DNA from: Candidatus Bathyarchaeum tardum
GTDB lineage: Archaea; Thermoproteota; Bathyarchaeia; Bathyarchaeales; Bathyarchaeaceae
NCBI GenBank assembly: GCA_024650005.2
Contig: CP122380.1
Span: forward strand, 896,001 to 960,000
Direction: 5' to 3'
Length of the DNA: 64,000 bases
Every line of letters begins with the position of its first letter. The stretch's first letter is position 1. The notes beneath the pieces were generated by a model. The model was not told the DNA's origin and made no database searches. It saw nothing but the letters and a program-made list of their open reading frames with translations. The translations under genes were made by a program, and so were the position numbers. Positions 14,914-25,061 of the stretch are shown piece after piece.

Positions 14914-15139
14914 TTTTTTATACTTTATTTCTCGTCTTTGGACGAAAGTTTGGATGTAAAAACGAATGCAATAAATAAAATACTGCCAGCTTTTCCTAAA
15001 GTTTAAATCCAAAAACTGATAACATTTTTGAAAAATTTTTCGGCAATCGGTTGTCTATTTTTGAACAGTAGATTTCAGACAAAAGACTTATTTTATTACA
15101 CATATTTAGCAAATTGCTTTGACAAATTGAATATACATC

Positions 15140-16075
15140 TTGTTTAATGTTTGTGATGCCATGTTACGAGAAGTTTCAGCATTTTCCCCTGCCCATATCA
15201 GCGGGTTTTTTCAAATTTTTAATGAATCCCTAGACCCTTTGTTTAATGGTTCTAGAGGTGCTGGTGTTTCTCTCAAACTTGGGGTCACAACAAAAGTAAC
15301 GGTGCAAAAATCTGCAAAAGATTTTTTGGAAATTAAAATTAATGGAAAGGTTACAAAATCTGCTGAAGTTTCAAAGATAGTAGTAGATTCTTTTAATTGT
15401 TTACTAAAAGAAAATTACAAAATTTTGGTAGATCACGAAATTAATGTGCCCATGGGTGCAGGTTATGGCTCCAGTGGAGCAGGAGCTTTAAGTCTAGCCC
15501 TAGCTCTTAACGAAGCTTTACAACTTAGGCTGTCTACTGTTGAAGCTGCCCAAATTGCTCACACCGCAGAAGTTCAATGTAAAACAGGTTTAGGTTCGGT
15601 TATTGCCGAAACCGTTGGAGGATTAGAAATAAGAGAAAAACCTGGTGCCCCTGGTGTGGGAAAAATAACTAAGATTCCAGTTTCTGATCAATATGTCGTA
15701 GCTTGTTTGTTTTTTGGTCCAATTTCAACTAAAACTTCATTATCTAATCCCGAACTTTGCCGGCAAATAAACAATCTTGGTGGAAAACTGGTAGACGAAC
15801 TTATTAAGCGACCTGAACCCAGTGTTTTCATGAATTTTTCCCGTAAATTTGCTGAAGGTGTTGGGTTGATTTCAGAACGGATGCGAAAAGTTTTGGTTGA
15901 AGCCGATGCTATTAATACTGTGTGTAGCATGAACATGTTTGGTGAATGTATTTTTTCTTTGGTCAAAAAAGATTCTGTGGAGGAGCTTCTAAAAATTTTT
16001 TACAAACATAACCCTTCACGAGATCGTGTATTTGTTTCCGAAATTGACCCTGAAGGAGCTAGAGTTCTATGGTAA
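15140..16075 (+). CDS. pantoate kinase (GHMP family)
   Basis: AFSPAHISGFF, GSRGAG, PMGAGYGSSGAGAL, TGLGSV; operon context; start probably ATG 15161. Confidence 0.92.
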   Translation: MFNVCDAMLREVSAFSPAHISGFFQIFNESLDPLFNGSRGAGVSLKLGVTTKVTVQKSAKDFLEIKINGKVTKSAEVSKIVVDSFNCLLKENYKILVDHEINVPMGAGYGSSGAGALSLALALNEALQLRLSTVEAAQIAHTAEVQCKTGLGSVIAETVGGLEIREKPGAPGVGKITKIPVSDQYVVACLFFGPISTKTSLSNPELCRQINNLGGKLVDELIKRPEPSVFMNFSRKFAEGVGLISERMRKVLVEADAINTVCSMNMFGECIFSLVKKDSVEELLKIFYKHNPSRDRVFVSEIDPEGARVLW

Positions 16076-16887
16076 AAAAAACTGAAATATCTTCCAACCA
16101 TCCAAGAGCCAAATCGTTGAAGACCCGGCACGATTTAGTTAGCCATGTTGAATCAGGAGTTGTAACCTTGGCAGGTGTCCTAGCCCATGGCAGGGGAGAA
16201 GCTTTCGACTATTTAGTTGGAGAAAAAACAACCAAAACTGCTCACGATGCAATTAAAACAGCAGCTGCAACGATGCTTCTTGCTGAGCATCCAGTGATTT
16301 CTGTTAATGGAAATATTGCAGCCCTAGTGCCTGAAGGAATAATCAAATTAGCGGAAGTTACTGGAGCTAAAATAGAGGTTAATCTGTTTCATCGAACTTT
16401 GCACCGGGAAAAAGCAATTAAACAATTACTAGAAAAGTTTGGAGCCAAAGAAGTACTAGGAGTAGGTGAAGCCTGTTCTGCTGAGATACCTGAAATCTGC
16501 AGTGAACGCCGAAGTGTAGACCCTAACGGCATTTTAGTAGCAGATGTGATTTTGGTTCCTCTTGAAGACGGTGACCGAACAGAAGCTCTGCGAAAAATGG
16601 GCAAAACTGTTATCACCGTTGATTTAAATCCCCTTTCCCGAACTGCTCAGTGGGCTTCAGTTACAATTGTTGACGAAGTTGCTAGAACGTTTCCTTTGCT
16701 TATTGAAGAAGCAAAACTTCTAAAACATGAATCACCTGAGAACCTTAGAAAAATTGTTTCCAGTTTTAACAACAAAAAAAACTTAGCCATTACAATTGAG
16801 CAAATTAACCAACGTTTATCTGGTCTTGCAAAACAGGGTATATACATCCCTGAGGCAAATGAACTCTACAAGGAGCACGAAATGTGA
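16069..16887 (+). CDS. 4-phosphopantoate--beta-alanine ligase (phosphopantothenate synthetase)
   Basis: HPRAKSL, AHGRGEAFDYLVGE, VISVNGN, VPLEDGDR, DLNPLSRT. Confidence 0.95.
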   Translation: MVKKTEISSNHPRAKSLKTRHDLVSHVESGVVTLAGVLAHGRGEAFDYLVGEKTTKTAHDAIKTAAATMLLAEHPVISVNGNIAALVPEGIIKLAEVTGAKIEVNLFHRTLHREKAIKQLLEKFGAKEVLGVGEACSAEIPEICSERRSVDPNGILVADVILVPLEDGDRTEALRKMGKTVITVDLNPLSRTAQWASVTIVDEVARTFPLLIEEAKLLKHESPENLRKIVSSFNNKKNLAITIEQINQRLSGLAKQGIYIPEANELYKEHEM

Positions 16888-18077
16888 AACCTAAAACAGT
16901 TGAACGGCAAAACCAGATACCTGAAAAAGGTTTACCCAAAGATGCAGTTCTCCAAAAACTTGAAACTAAACTTCAACGAGATCTCACTTATTCTTGTGGC
17001 AAAATTTTAGGGTCCATGTGCACCCAGCCTTCTAGTTTTGCTAAACATGTTTATTTGCAGTATCTTGAAACAAACCTAGGCGACCCCGGGCTGTTTCCTG
17101 CAACTGCTGAACTGGAAAAAGAAGTAATAGGCATGTTGGGTCGTATGCTTTCAAATGATAATGCTTCTGGTAACATTGTTTCTGGGGGGACTGAAGCAAA
17201 TATTCTTGCAATGTGGGCTGCCAGAAATCTTGCTAACAAGAAACGTAATGAAGTGATTGTTCCAGTTTCTGCCCATTATTCTTTTGACAAGGCTGCTGAC
17301 TTGTTGAACTTGAAGCTGATTAAAGTTAAACTTGACTCAAATTATCAGATGGACATCAATGCAGTTCAGAAAGCAATAACATCTAACACTGTTGCTCTTG
17401 TAGGCGTTGCTGGAACTACTGGTTTAGGTGTAGTTGACCCTATACCTGAGCTTTCAGAAATTGCTCTAGACCAAAACATATACCTTCATGTGGATGCAGC
17501 TTTTGGAGGTTTTGTGTTGCCGTTTCTTAAACAACTGGGTTCCAAATCTACAGAGTTTGATTTTCGGTTGCCTGGAGTCTGTTCAATCACTATAGACCCT
17601 CACAAGATGGGTCTTGCTCCTATTCCTGCTGGTGGCATATTGTTCCGGGATGATTCTTTAAAGAAAGCTGTAACTGTGAATGTTCCTTACTTAGCTGGAG
17701 GCTGCACAGAACAATCCACAGTTATTGGAACCCGGTTAGGTGCTTCATCAATCGCAGTTTGGGCGCTGTTGATGAACCTTGGACAAGACGGTTACTCAAA
17801 AGTGGTTAGATGTTGCCTTAACTTGACAATGGAGCTTGTTAAGGGAATTGAACAGATTGAAGGCGTTGATGTAGTAACTAAGCCTGTAATTAATGTAGTT
17901 GGAATAAAATCAAATATTATGGATATTCGAATCATTGCTCAAGAATTAAGAAAACAGGGTTGGGCAATTTCTTTATTTTCCGATTATCTTAGATTAGTAG
18001 TGATGCCCCATGTGACCTCGTCACACATCGAATGTTTCATTAAAGATTTGAAACAAATAATTGAAAAAGAGAGATAA
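16884..18077 (+). CDS. mfnA: PLP-dependent tyrosine/aspartate decarboxylase
   Basis: ILGSMCT, NLGDPGLF, SGGTEAN, HVDAAFGG, IDPHKMG (PLP lysine). Confidence 0.92.
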   Translation: MKPKTVERQNQIPEKGLPKDAVLQKLETKLQRDLTYSCGKILGSMCTQPSSFAKHVYLQYLETNLGDPGLFPATAELEKEVIGMLGRMLSNDNASGNIVSGGTEANILAMWAARNLANKKRNEVIVPVSAHYSFDKAADLLNLKLIKVKLDSNYQMDINAVQKAITSNTVALVGVAGTTGLGVVDPIPELSEIALDQNIYLHVDAAFGGFVLPFLKQLGSKSTEFDFRLPGVCSITIDPHKMGLAPIPAGGILFRDDSLKKAVTVNVPYLAGGCTEQSTVIGTRLGASSIAVWALLMNLGQDGYSKVVRCCLNLTMELVKGIEQIEGVDVVTKPVINVVGIKSNIMDIRIIAQELRKQGWAISLFSDYLRLVVMPHVTSSHIECFIKDLKQIIEKER

Positions 18078-18082
18078 TTCAA

Positions 18083-19384
18083 ATGGCGTTTAAAAAACCA
18101 GTACTCCAAGTTGCATTAGATTTTGTAGACCTATCCCGTGTTTTGAAGCTATTAGATGAAACAATAGCTGGTGGAGTTGACTGGATAGAAATTGGGACAC
18201 CTCTTGTAAAAAGTGAAGGGCTATCTGTTATCCGGACTTTAAAGAAAAAATTTCCAGACTACACTTTTTTGGCTGACATGAAAACTATGGATGCAGGCGC
18301 CTTAGAAGTGGAAATTGCTGCAAAAGCTGGAGCAGACATAATAATCATACTGGGTGTTGCTGACGACAGTACCATTCGTGAAGCAGTTGAAGCAGGAAAA
18401 CGTTATGGCGCAAAAATCATGGTTGACATGATAAACATCGACGACATGATCACTCGTTCAGTGGAACTGGAAAAACTTGGGGCAGATTACGTTTGTGTAC
18501 ATGTAGGAATCGACCAGCAGATGCGGGGAATGGATCCTTTAGATGTGTTGAAAAAAGTTGTTGAAGTTGTACATGTTCCTGTTGCAGTGGCGGGAGGCAT
18601 CAATAGTGAAACTGCAGCTAAATGTGTCAACTTTGGAGCCAGCATAGTAATTGTAGGTGGAGCAATAACTAAAGCCGAAAATGCTGAAGAAGAAACTCGA
18701 AAAATCAAAAAGTCGATGTTAACTGGTAAGCCAATTGCTACGAATCTTTACAAGAAGTATCACGAGAGCGAACTCTATGAAGTTTTCATGAAAGTTTCGA
18801 CACCTAACATATCTGACGCGATGCAGCGAAAAGGCGAGATGCTGGACATCCACCCAGTAGTTAACGGGGTTAAAGCAGTTGGAAAAGCTCTGACTGTTCG
18901 TACTTATCCTGGTGATTGGGCAAAACCTGTAGAAGCAATAGATCTTGCAACTCCTGAAAATGTAATAGTGATTGACGCAGCTGGGGGCGGCAAAGCTGTT
19001 TGGGGAGAGCTAGCGACTTTAAGTTGTTTACAAAAAAAAGTCAACGGAGTAGTAATCGATGGAGCTATCCGTGACGTTGATGAAATTCGTCCTTTAAGTT
19101 TTCCATCATTTGCGAAAACAATAACCCCAACTGCTGGCGACCCGAAAGGATTTGGTGAAATTAACATCGAAATCAAATGTGGCGGCGTTACTGTACGACC
19201 TGATGATTGGGTGATAGCTGACGATAATGGGGTAGTGGTTGTTCCCAAAGAAACTGCTGTGGAAATTGCAAACAGGGCTTTGGATGTGTTTGAGAAAGAA
19301 AAAAGAATAAAGGGCGAAATCAAGCAGGGTAGCACTCTTTCTAAAGTTTTGCAGCTGAAAAAATGGGAGAAAGTCGTTGGGTGA
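18083..19384 (+). CDS. 3-hexulose-6-phosphate synthase fused to RraA/HMG-aldolase domain
   Basis: N-terminal HPS (LQVALD, IEIGTPL, DMKTMDAG, VHVGIDQQ, VAGGI); C-terminal RraA-like (TPNISDAM, WGELA, IDGAIRD, DDNGVV). Confidence 0.9.
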   Translation: MAFKKPVLQVALDFVDLSRVLKLLDETIAGGVDWIEIGTPLVKSEGLSVIRTLKKKFPDYTFLADMKTMDAGALEVEIAAKAGADIIIILGVADDSTIREAVEAGKRYGAKIMVDMINIDDMITRSVELEKLGADYVCVHVGIDQQMRGMDPLDVLKKVVEVVHVPVAVAGGINSETAAKCVNFGASIVIVGGAITKAENAEEETRKIKKSMLTGKPIATNLYKKYHESELYEVFMKVSTPNISDAMQRKGEMLDIHPVVNGVKAVGKALTVRTYPGDWAKPVEAIDLATPENVIVIDAAGGGKAVWGELATLSCLQKKVNGVVIDGAIRDVDEIRPLSFPSFAKTITPTAGDPKGFGEINIEIKCGGVTVRPDDWVIADDNGVVVVPKETAVEIANRALDVFEKEKRIKGEIKQGSTLSKVLQLKKWEKVVG

Positions 19385-19389
19385 CTTGA

Positions 19390-20313
19390 TTGAAAGTCGC
19401 TGTAATGGGTGCCGGTGCTATCGGCAGTTTATTTGGAGGTTCACTCGCAGAATCTGGAACCGATGTTACTTTAATTGCTCGAGAAGCCCATGTGAACGCA
19501 ATAAAACAGAATGGCTTAATTATTGATGGAGTTTCTGGAAAACGTGTCGTTAATGTTAAAGCTGTAACCTCTGTGATGGAGCTATCAGAAACTTTTGATT
19601 TAATTCTGTTAACAGTAAAAGCTTATGATACCGCTCAAGCAGTTGCAGAAGCAAAACCGCTTCTTCGGCGCAATTCAGTTTTGTTATGCCTTCAAAACGG
19701 ATTGGGTGTAGAAAAAATTGCATCAGACAGTATTGGAAGTACCATGATACTTCGTGGAGTAACATCTAACGGTGCTTTAGTTAAAAAACCTGGTTTGGTT
19801 ATGCATACTGGCAAAGGTCAAACAGTAATCGGTGAACCCTATTGTAAGATTATTCAAAAAACATTGATTGCTGAAACCTTTCAAGAAGCTGGATTGCCCA
19901 CTAGGTCTTCAGGAAACATCGAAGGGGATGTGTGGACAAAAGTTCTGGTAAACGCTGGAATCAACCCCTTTGGTGCTTTAACTGCAATGACAAATGGAGA
20001 ATTAATTGCACGTTCTGACCTCAAAGAACTAATGACTGAAACTGTAGTTGAAGGCAAAAAGGTTGCAGGAAAATTCAATGCCCGTTTGGATGAAGACCCT
20101 GTTTCTTTGATGATTAACATTGCTGAGATGACTGCTCAAAACAAGAATTCTATGTTGCAAGACATTGGAAAAGGAAAACGAACAGAAATTGATTTCATAA
20201 ATGGAGCAATTTCATGTTTAGGAAAAACAAGAAATGTTTCAACTCCTTTAAACACCTTATTAACTGGCTTGATTAAAGGTTTAGAAGTAAAACATCTGAG
20301 GAACCAATGTTGA
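19390..20313 (+). CDS. panE: 2-dehydropantoate 2-reductase
   Basis: GAGAIG, VKAYD, LQNGLG, WTKVLVNAGINP, SMLQD..GKRTEIDFING. Confidence 0.95.
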   Translation: MKVAVMGAGAIGSLFGGSLAESGTDVTLIAREAHVNAIKQNGLIIDGVSGKRVVNVKAVTSVMELSETFDLILLTVKAYDTAQAVAEAKPLLRRNSVLLCLQNGLGVEKIASDSIGSTMILRGVTSNGALVKKPGLVMHTGKGQTVIGEPYCKIIQKTLIAETFQEAGLPTRSSGNIEGDVWTKVLVNAGINPFGALTAMTNGELIARSDLKELMTETVVEGKKVAGKFNARLDEDPVSLMINIAEMTAQNKNSMLQDIGKGKRTEIDFINGAISCLGKTRNVSTPLNTLLTGLIKGLEVKHLRNQC

Positions 20314-21557
20314 CGGATCATCCCTCTAAAGACATTGTAGGAACAAAAGGAACCGAACTAAAAGGAAAGAATGTTGTTTTGTGTATAAGTGGCAGTGTTG
20401 CTGCCGTTCGTTGTTCTGATATTGCTCGGGAGTTGATGCGGCATGGGGCTGATGTTTTTCCTGTTATGTCCCAGATGTCTCAGAAAATTATTCATCCTTA
20501 TCTCATGGAATGGGCTACAGGAAACCCTGTTGTAACTGAGTTAACCGGAAAAATTGAGCACGTAGCCCTAACCAGTGGAAATTCAACCAAAGCTGATTTG
20601 ATTCTTTTTGCCCCTGCAACTGCGAACACAATTAGTAAAATTGCCTGCGGAATCGATGATACCCCAATAACTTCTGTTGCTACTACCGCTTTTGGTCTAG
20701 AAATACCCATAATGATTGTCTCAGCTATGCATGGCTCCATGTACCAGCACCCTATTCTGTTAGAAAACATCAAGAAACTCAAATCATTGGGTGTTAAATT
20801 CATTGGACCCCGAATTGAAGGAAAAGCTGCAAAAATAGCAGAAACCGAAGAAATCGTAAACTCAGTAATCAACGAATTAACAGTCAAAAAAGACCTAATT
20901 GGAAAGAAAATTTTGGTCACTGCTGGTCCAACCTTGGAGTACATTGACCCCGTTAGAGTCCTAACAAACAAAAGTTCAGGAAAAATGGGGCTTGCTCTTG
21001 TTAATGAAGCCTTGTCACGAGGAGCCCAAGTAACTTTGATTTCAGGTCCAATATCAATCAGTCCTCCTCATGACTCTAAAGTAATCAATGTGGAAACTAC
21101 TTCTCAAATGCATGAGGCTGTTGTTTCTGAACTAACATCAAAAAAATACGACATAGTAATCGCTGCTGCTGCTGCTTCAGATTGGACCCCTGAAAAAACG
21201 TATGATTACAAGGTTCCTACCCGTGAATCTTCAAAGTTTACTTTAAACCTAAAATCAACTTCGAAAATCATTAATGCTGTGAAAAAAGTTAGCCCTGAAA
21301 CTTTTCTTGTTACTTTCAAGGCAGAATACAACATTTCCGATGAAGAGCTAATAAAAACTGCATATGAGCGCCTTGAAGAACCCCAAGCTGACCTGATAGC
21401 TGCAAATGATGTTGGGCGAAAAGGTGCAGGATTTGCTGTTGACACAAATGAACTTTTCATTATAGACAAAGAAAGAAATGTGGTTCGTGTTCCAACAGCC
21501 CAAAAACGTGCCGTTGCTAAGCAGCTCTTGGATGTAATTGTTAAAAAATTAGTTTAG
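20307..21557 (+). CDS. coaBC: bifunctional phosphopantothenoylcysteine decarboxylase/synthetase
   Basis: SGSVAA, APATANTISK, TAGPTLEYIDPVR.LTNKSSGKMG, FKAE, AANDV. Confidence 0.95.
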   Translation: MLTDHPSKDIVGTKGTELKGKNVVLCISGSVAAVRCSDIARELMRHGADVFPVMSQMSQKIIHPYLMEWATGNPVVTELTGKIEHVALTSGNSTKADLILFAPATANTISKIACGIDDTPITSVATTAFGLEIPIMIVSAMHGSMYQHPILLENIKKLKSLGVKFIGPRIEGKAAKIAETEEIVNSVINELTVKKDLIGKKILVTAGPTLEYIDPVRVLTNKSSGKMGLALVNEALSRGAQVTLISGPISISPPHDSKVINVETTSQMHEAVVSELTSKKYDIVIAAAAASDWTPEKTYDYKVPTRESSKFTLNLKSTSKIINAVKKVSPETFLVTFKAEYNISDEELIKTAYERLEEPQADLIAANDVGRKGAGFAVDTNELFIIDKERNVVRVPTAQKRAVAKQLLDVIVKKLV

Positions 21558-21683
21558 GTCCCGTCCAGTTCATAAAAACCTACAATTTTCAGTTGTAACT
21601 TTGCTTTCAATTGAACTGTTTGAAATTTCTGCGACACCCTAGTTTTTTTGTTTATTGAGGATATATAGCCGAAATGGCTAGCC

Positions 21684-23294
21684 ATGCCTAGGAAAAAATC
21701 TTCAACACAGCAAGAGAGTTTGGAAAAAAAGCAGTTTAGCCTCGAAGAAATCGTGGTTACCTTACAGGATGTTGGGGATGATGTTAAGAAAATTGTCAAG
21801 TTGAATTCAAAAGAAAAAGCTGTGGTGAACCAGTTCTTTGAGGTTCTGCAGCATGTGCCGCCGCAGATGTTTTCCCTTGATGTTTCTACGTCTGGGCTTC
21901 CTTTTAGGATGGGCGCCTTCAGTCAGGCACGGATAAATTCAGAAGGGCACCTGATGTTGACTTCTGGAGATGGATGCTTACAAGTTATCGACCTAACTGA
22001 AACAAAGAACCGCGATCTCATGATGGCAGTGTTTAGTGATATTATGCCTAAATTCAAAGATTTTGCTAGCCAATTTGAAACAGAAAAACTTCAGAAACCT
22101 GAACCCATTAAAGAAATACCTGAACCTGTTCCAGCACCTGAGGTAATACCGGAACCCCCAACTAGTTTGCCTGAACCCGAAGTCATTGTAGTGCCAGAGG
22201 AACCTGTTAATTTGACTCCTGTTGACCCTGAAATTGTACCTGAAGAAGTACCCGTTGACTTGAGTGAACCTGAAGTTGAAGTTGTGCCCGAAGTTCCAGT
22301 TTCAACGGTTATGGAAAAACCAAAACTTGAGGATGTTGTGGCGGAAACTTTGGAGTATCTGCACATGCTTGGTGAAGAGATATTTGACCAATCCCCTGTT
22401 AGTGTTTATTTTGATGACTGGTTGGTTAACCTTCGGCAAGTTATGGTTGCCTTTGAATCTAATGAGGCAGTAATTGTAGATGAGGTTTTCACCGATGAAG
22501 TAGAACAGATATACAACGACATCGAAGAGGAACTTGGTAACCGGCTGGTAGAAGAAGCTGAACTGGAAGCTTCATCAAAATCCCTTGAAAACAATAAGTA
22601 TATTCTACGGGAAATGGATAACGAATTTGCTGCTCAAACCGAAAAACTCCAAGTTAGAGGAAAAAGTGCCCTTGACTTTTTAATTAAAAACGTTCAACGC
22701 CTAGAGGATGAGCTAGAAAAAGTGAATCAAACAAAACCAAGCAACATCATCCGAAAGATTGCTTTGCGACAAAAGAAGTATGCGCTCACCCAGAAATTAA
22801 AATCTGCAAAATATCGATTGTCTGTTGCAACAGAAAATTCTGGTAATAATCAACAAAAAGGTGAAATTGGACAAAAGTCTGGTGTTCAAACAATTGAGTT
22901 TACTGTAAATGAAAACAGTTCCAAAGACGATTTGGTTAAAACCATTGGGCGCCTCGAAGAAGAACTTGCAAAAGAAAAGAAAGTCAAAACAAGTTTCTTG
23001 CAGCCTTTGAAGAAGCTTGCTCAGGAACAAAAAATATCCGAACTTAATCAAAGGTTGGATAATGCACGACATCTGGTGGCGTTAGCTGCACAAGAATCTG
23101 AAGTTGAAAAACAAAGAATGCGTAACGAATACGAAAAAAAGAAACAAGAAGCCATCAGTAAAGTGCAAAGTTTAGAAAAAGAAATCGAAACAAAACGAGT
23201 TGATACTTCTATAGCTGTCAGGAAAGAAGCCATTAAAGCTTTGGCAACTGCTGTAAACGCCCTTGTTCAAAGAAACGCTGAATCTGCAAAATAG
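21684..23294 (+). CDS. coiled-coil protein with Pro/Glu-rich linker
   Basis: 536-aa ORF, PEP/EVV low-complexity tract, long heptad C-terminal half with internal repeat. Confidence 0.75.
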   Translation: MPRKKSSTQQESLEKKQFSLEEIVVTLQDVGDDVKKIVKLNSKEKAVVNQFFEVLQHVPPQMFSLDVSTSGLPFRMGAFSQARINSEGHLMLTSGDGCLQVIDLTETKNRDLMMAVFSDIMPKFKDFASQFETEKLQKPEPIKEIPEPVPAPEVIPEPPTSLPEPEVIVVPEEPVNLTPVDPEIVPEEVPVDLSEPEVEVVPEVPVSTVMEKPKLEDVVAETLEYLHMLGEEIFDQSPVSVYFDDWLVNLRQVMVAFESNEAVIVDEVFTDEVEQIYNDIEEELGNRLVEEAELEASSKSLENNKYILREMDNEFAAQTEKLQVRGKSALDFLIKNVQRLEDELEKVNQTKPSNIIRKIALRQKKYALTQKLKSAKYRLSVATENSGNNQQKGEIGQKSGVQTIEFTVNENSSKDDLVKTIGRLEEELAKEKKVKTSFLQPLKKLAQEQKISELNQRLDNARHLVALAAQESEVEKQRMRNEYEKKKQEAISKVQSLEKEIETKRVDTSIAVRKEAIKALATAVNALVQRNAESAK

Positions 23295-23315
23295 ACCTGT
23301 TCAGATTTTATTTTT

Positions 23316-23780
23316 TTAGCGTTGCTTGTTTAGGATTTGGCAGAATACGTCCACGTCGATATTGAAGCTTTGGCAAACTTCTACGATGCTTTGGGCGTAC
23401 ATTTGGAATATTTCTTCAATGGTTTTTTTTACAAGTTCAGGGGGAATTTCTTCTGTGGGTTTAAGAAACAGTATGAACCATCTTCCAAGGTTTGTTGGGA
23501 TATACCATTTAACTCTGACTTTTCGTTTTCCGGTTGTGAGTTGTTCCATGCCTTGTTCGAGAATATCTGCTGCAACCATTCGTTTTAGGTACTCGATTAT
23601 AGATTTGTTTGAATAATCAGTGTTTTTAATGAGATCTTTTTGGTATGTTCGTTTGTCTATCTTCATGTTCATTAGCAGGCTTTTGCCTACTTTGGACTGC
23701 AGGACACTCCAAACTAATCTACGTTTTTCATTTTCTAATGGAAACGGAATAATGTAATGCCAGACTTCATTGTCTCCCAT
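23316..23780 (-). CDS. winged-helix DNA-binding protein
   Basis: TYQKDLIKNTDYSNKSIIEYLKRMV helix pair, wing VKWYIPTNLGRW. Confidence 0.7.
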   Translation of the reverse strand: MGDNEVWHYIIPFPLENEKRRLVWSVLQSKVGKSLLMNMKIDKRTYQKDLIKNTDYSNKSIIEYLKRMVAADILEQGMEQLTTGKRKVRVKWYIPTNLGRWFILFLKPTEEIPPELVKKTIEEIFQMYAQSIVEVCQSFNIDVDVFCQILNKQR

Positions 23781-23894
23781 CGTTTGAGAGCACCCCTTTC
23801 ATTATACTTGATGATTGTTAATAAGACTCTTGTTATATTCTGGATTCGGAATTCTTATTAATTGACATAATCAAGTTTTTAAGGTGAAGCAGTT

Positions 23895-25046
23895 ATGAAG
23901 GCTGATTCTGGACGAGTTGTTTTATTTAGTTGTTTACTAATTGTTTTGATTCTAGCCGTGCCTATAGTTGTTGCTGGTGTAACAGAATTTCAAATTGATT
24001 CAACTGACCTTCAAGTTTATCGTGATGGTCTTGTTCGGGTTACTCAAACTTTAACTGTTAATGAAACCTTGCCCGTGATTTCTTTTCCACTTTTGGGGGC
24101 TTATTCTGTTGACAATTTTATAGTCCTTGACGAAAACAACACATTTCTAGACTATGAAATCGGAGCCAGCAATCTCACTGTTTTTACTTTGGGCACAACC
24201 CGTGTTTCCGTGCAGTATGATACTCACTCTTTAACATCTAAAGACGCTGAAGTTTGGACATTACTTGTTAACACTCCATACAATGTGACCGTGTTTTTGC
24301 CTGAAGACTCTACAATTGTTTACTTGAATGGAGTGCCGGATTCAATTAATACTAATGGAAACACGATAAGTATGTCTTTGTTTGCCAGCCAATGGGAAAT
24401 CAGTTACACTTTTCCTTTGAATCCTCCTGCAAACTTTCTGGTCAGTAACCTAAAGGTCACGCCAGTTGAAATCAAACCCAACGAAGAAGTCACTGTTTCA
24501 GTTACTGTAACCAACATCGGCGGACAAACAGGTTCATACACTGTTCCTTTTATAGTCAACCAAGTAACTGAAGAAACAAAATCAGTAACCCTAGCAAAAG
24601 GAGATTCCACTTCTGTTGAATTTAAGGTCACTAAACAAACCCTTGGAACCTACAGCATTAACGTGGATGGACTTGTACAAACTTTTACAGTAACCGAAAC
24701 TCCAGCTATTCCAGTAGAACCTTCAGACTCGTTTCCAGCTGAATACTTGGTTGCTGTTGCAGTTGTTGCAGCTGTAATAATCACTTTATTGTTCTTTGTC
24801 ATGAAAAGAAAAGGTCCCTGCGCTGAGAATATTTTTAAGAATTATCCTCAGTTGAACCCCGAAGAAAAAGACGTTATACAATTCTTGTCAGACAATGACG
24901 GTAAAGCTTTCGAGTCTCAGGTTCGGGAAAAGTTTCCTAATATTCCCCGGACAAGTCTTTGGCGGTTAATTAAACGTTTAGAGCGTTTAGAAATCGTTAA
25001 AGTCAAGAAGATTGGACTTGAAAATCAAGTTGAACTAAAAAAATAA
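23895..25046 (+). CDS. membrane protein with extracellular Ig/CARDB-like domains and cytoplasmic winged HTH
   Basis: Signal peptide, VSVTVTNIGGQTG CARDB-like motif, TM helix, IPRTSLWRLIKRLE HTH. Confidence 0.8.
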   Translation: MKADSGRVVLFSCLLIVLILAVPIVVAGVTEFQIDSTDLQVYRDGLVRVTQTLTVNETLPVISFPLLGAYSVDNFIVLDENNTFLDYEIGASNLTVFTLGTTRVSVQYDTHSLTSKDAEVWTLLVNTPYNVTVFLPEDSTIVYLNGVPDSINTNGNTISMSLFASQWEISYTFPLNPPANFLVSNLKVTPVEIKPNEEVTVSVTVTNIGGQTGSYTVPFIVNQVTEETKSVTLAKGDSTSVEFKVTKQTLGTYSINVDGLVQTFTVTETPAIPVEPSDSFPAEYLVAVAVVAAVIITLLFFVMKRKGPCAENIFKNYPQLNPEEKDVIQFLSDNDGKAFESQVREKFPNIPRTSLWRLIKRLERLEIVKVKKIGLENQVELKK

Positions 25047-25061
25047 CAAAAAAATAAAGTT

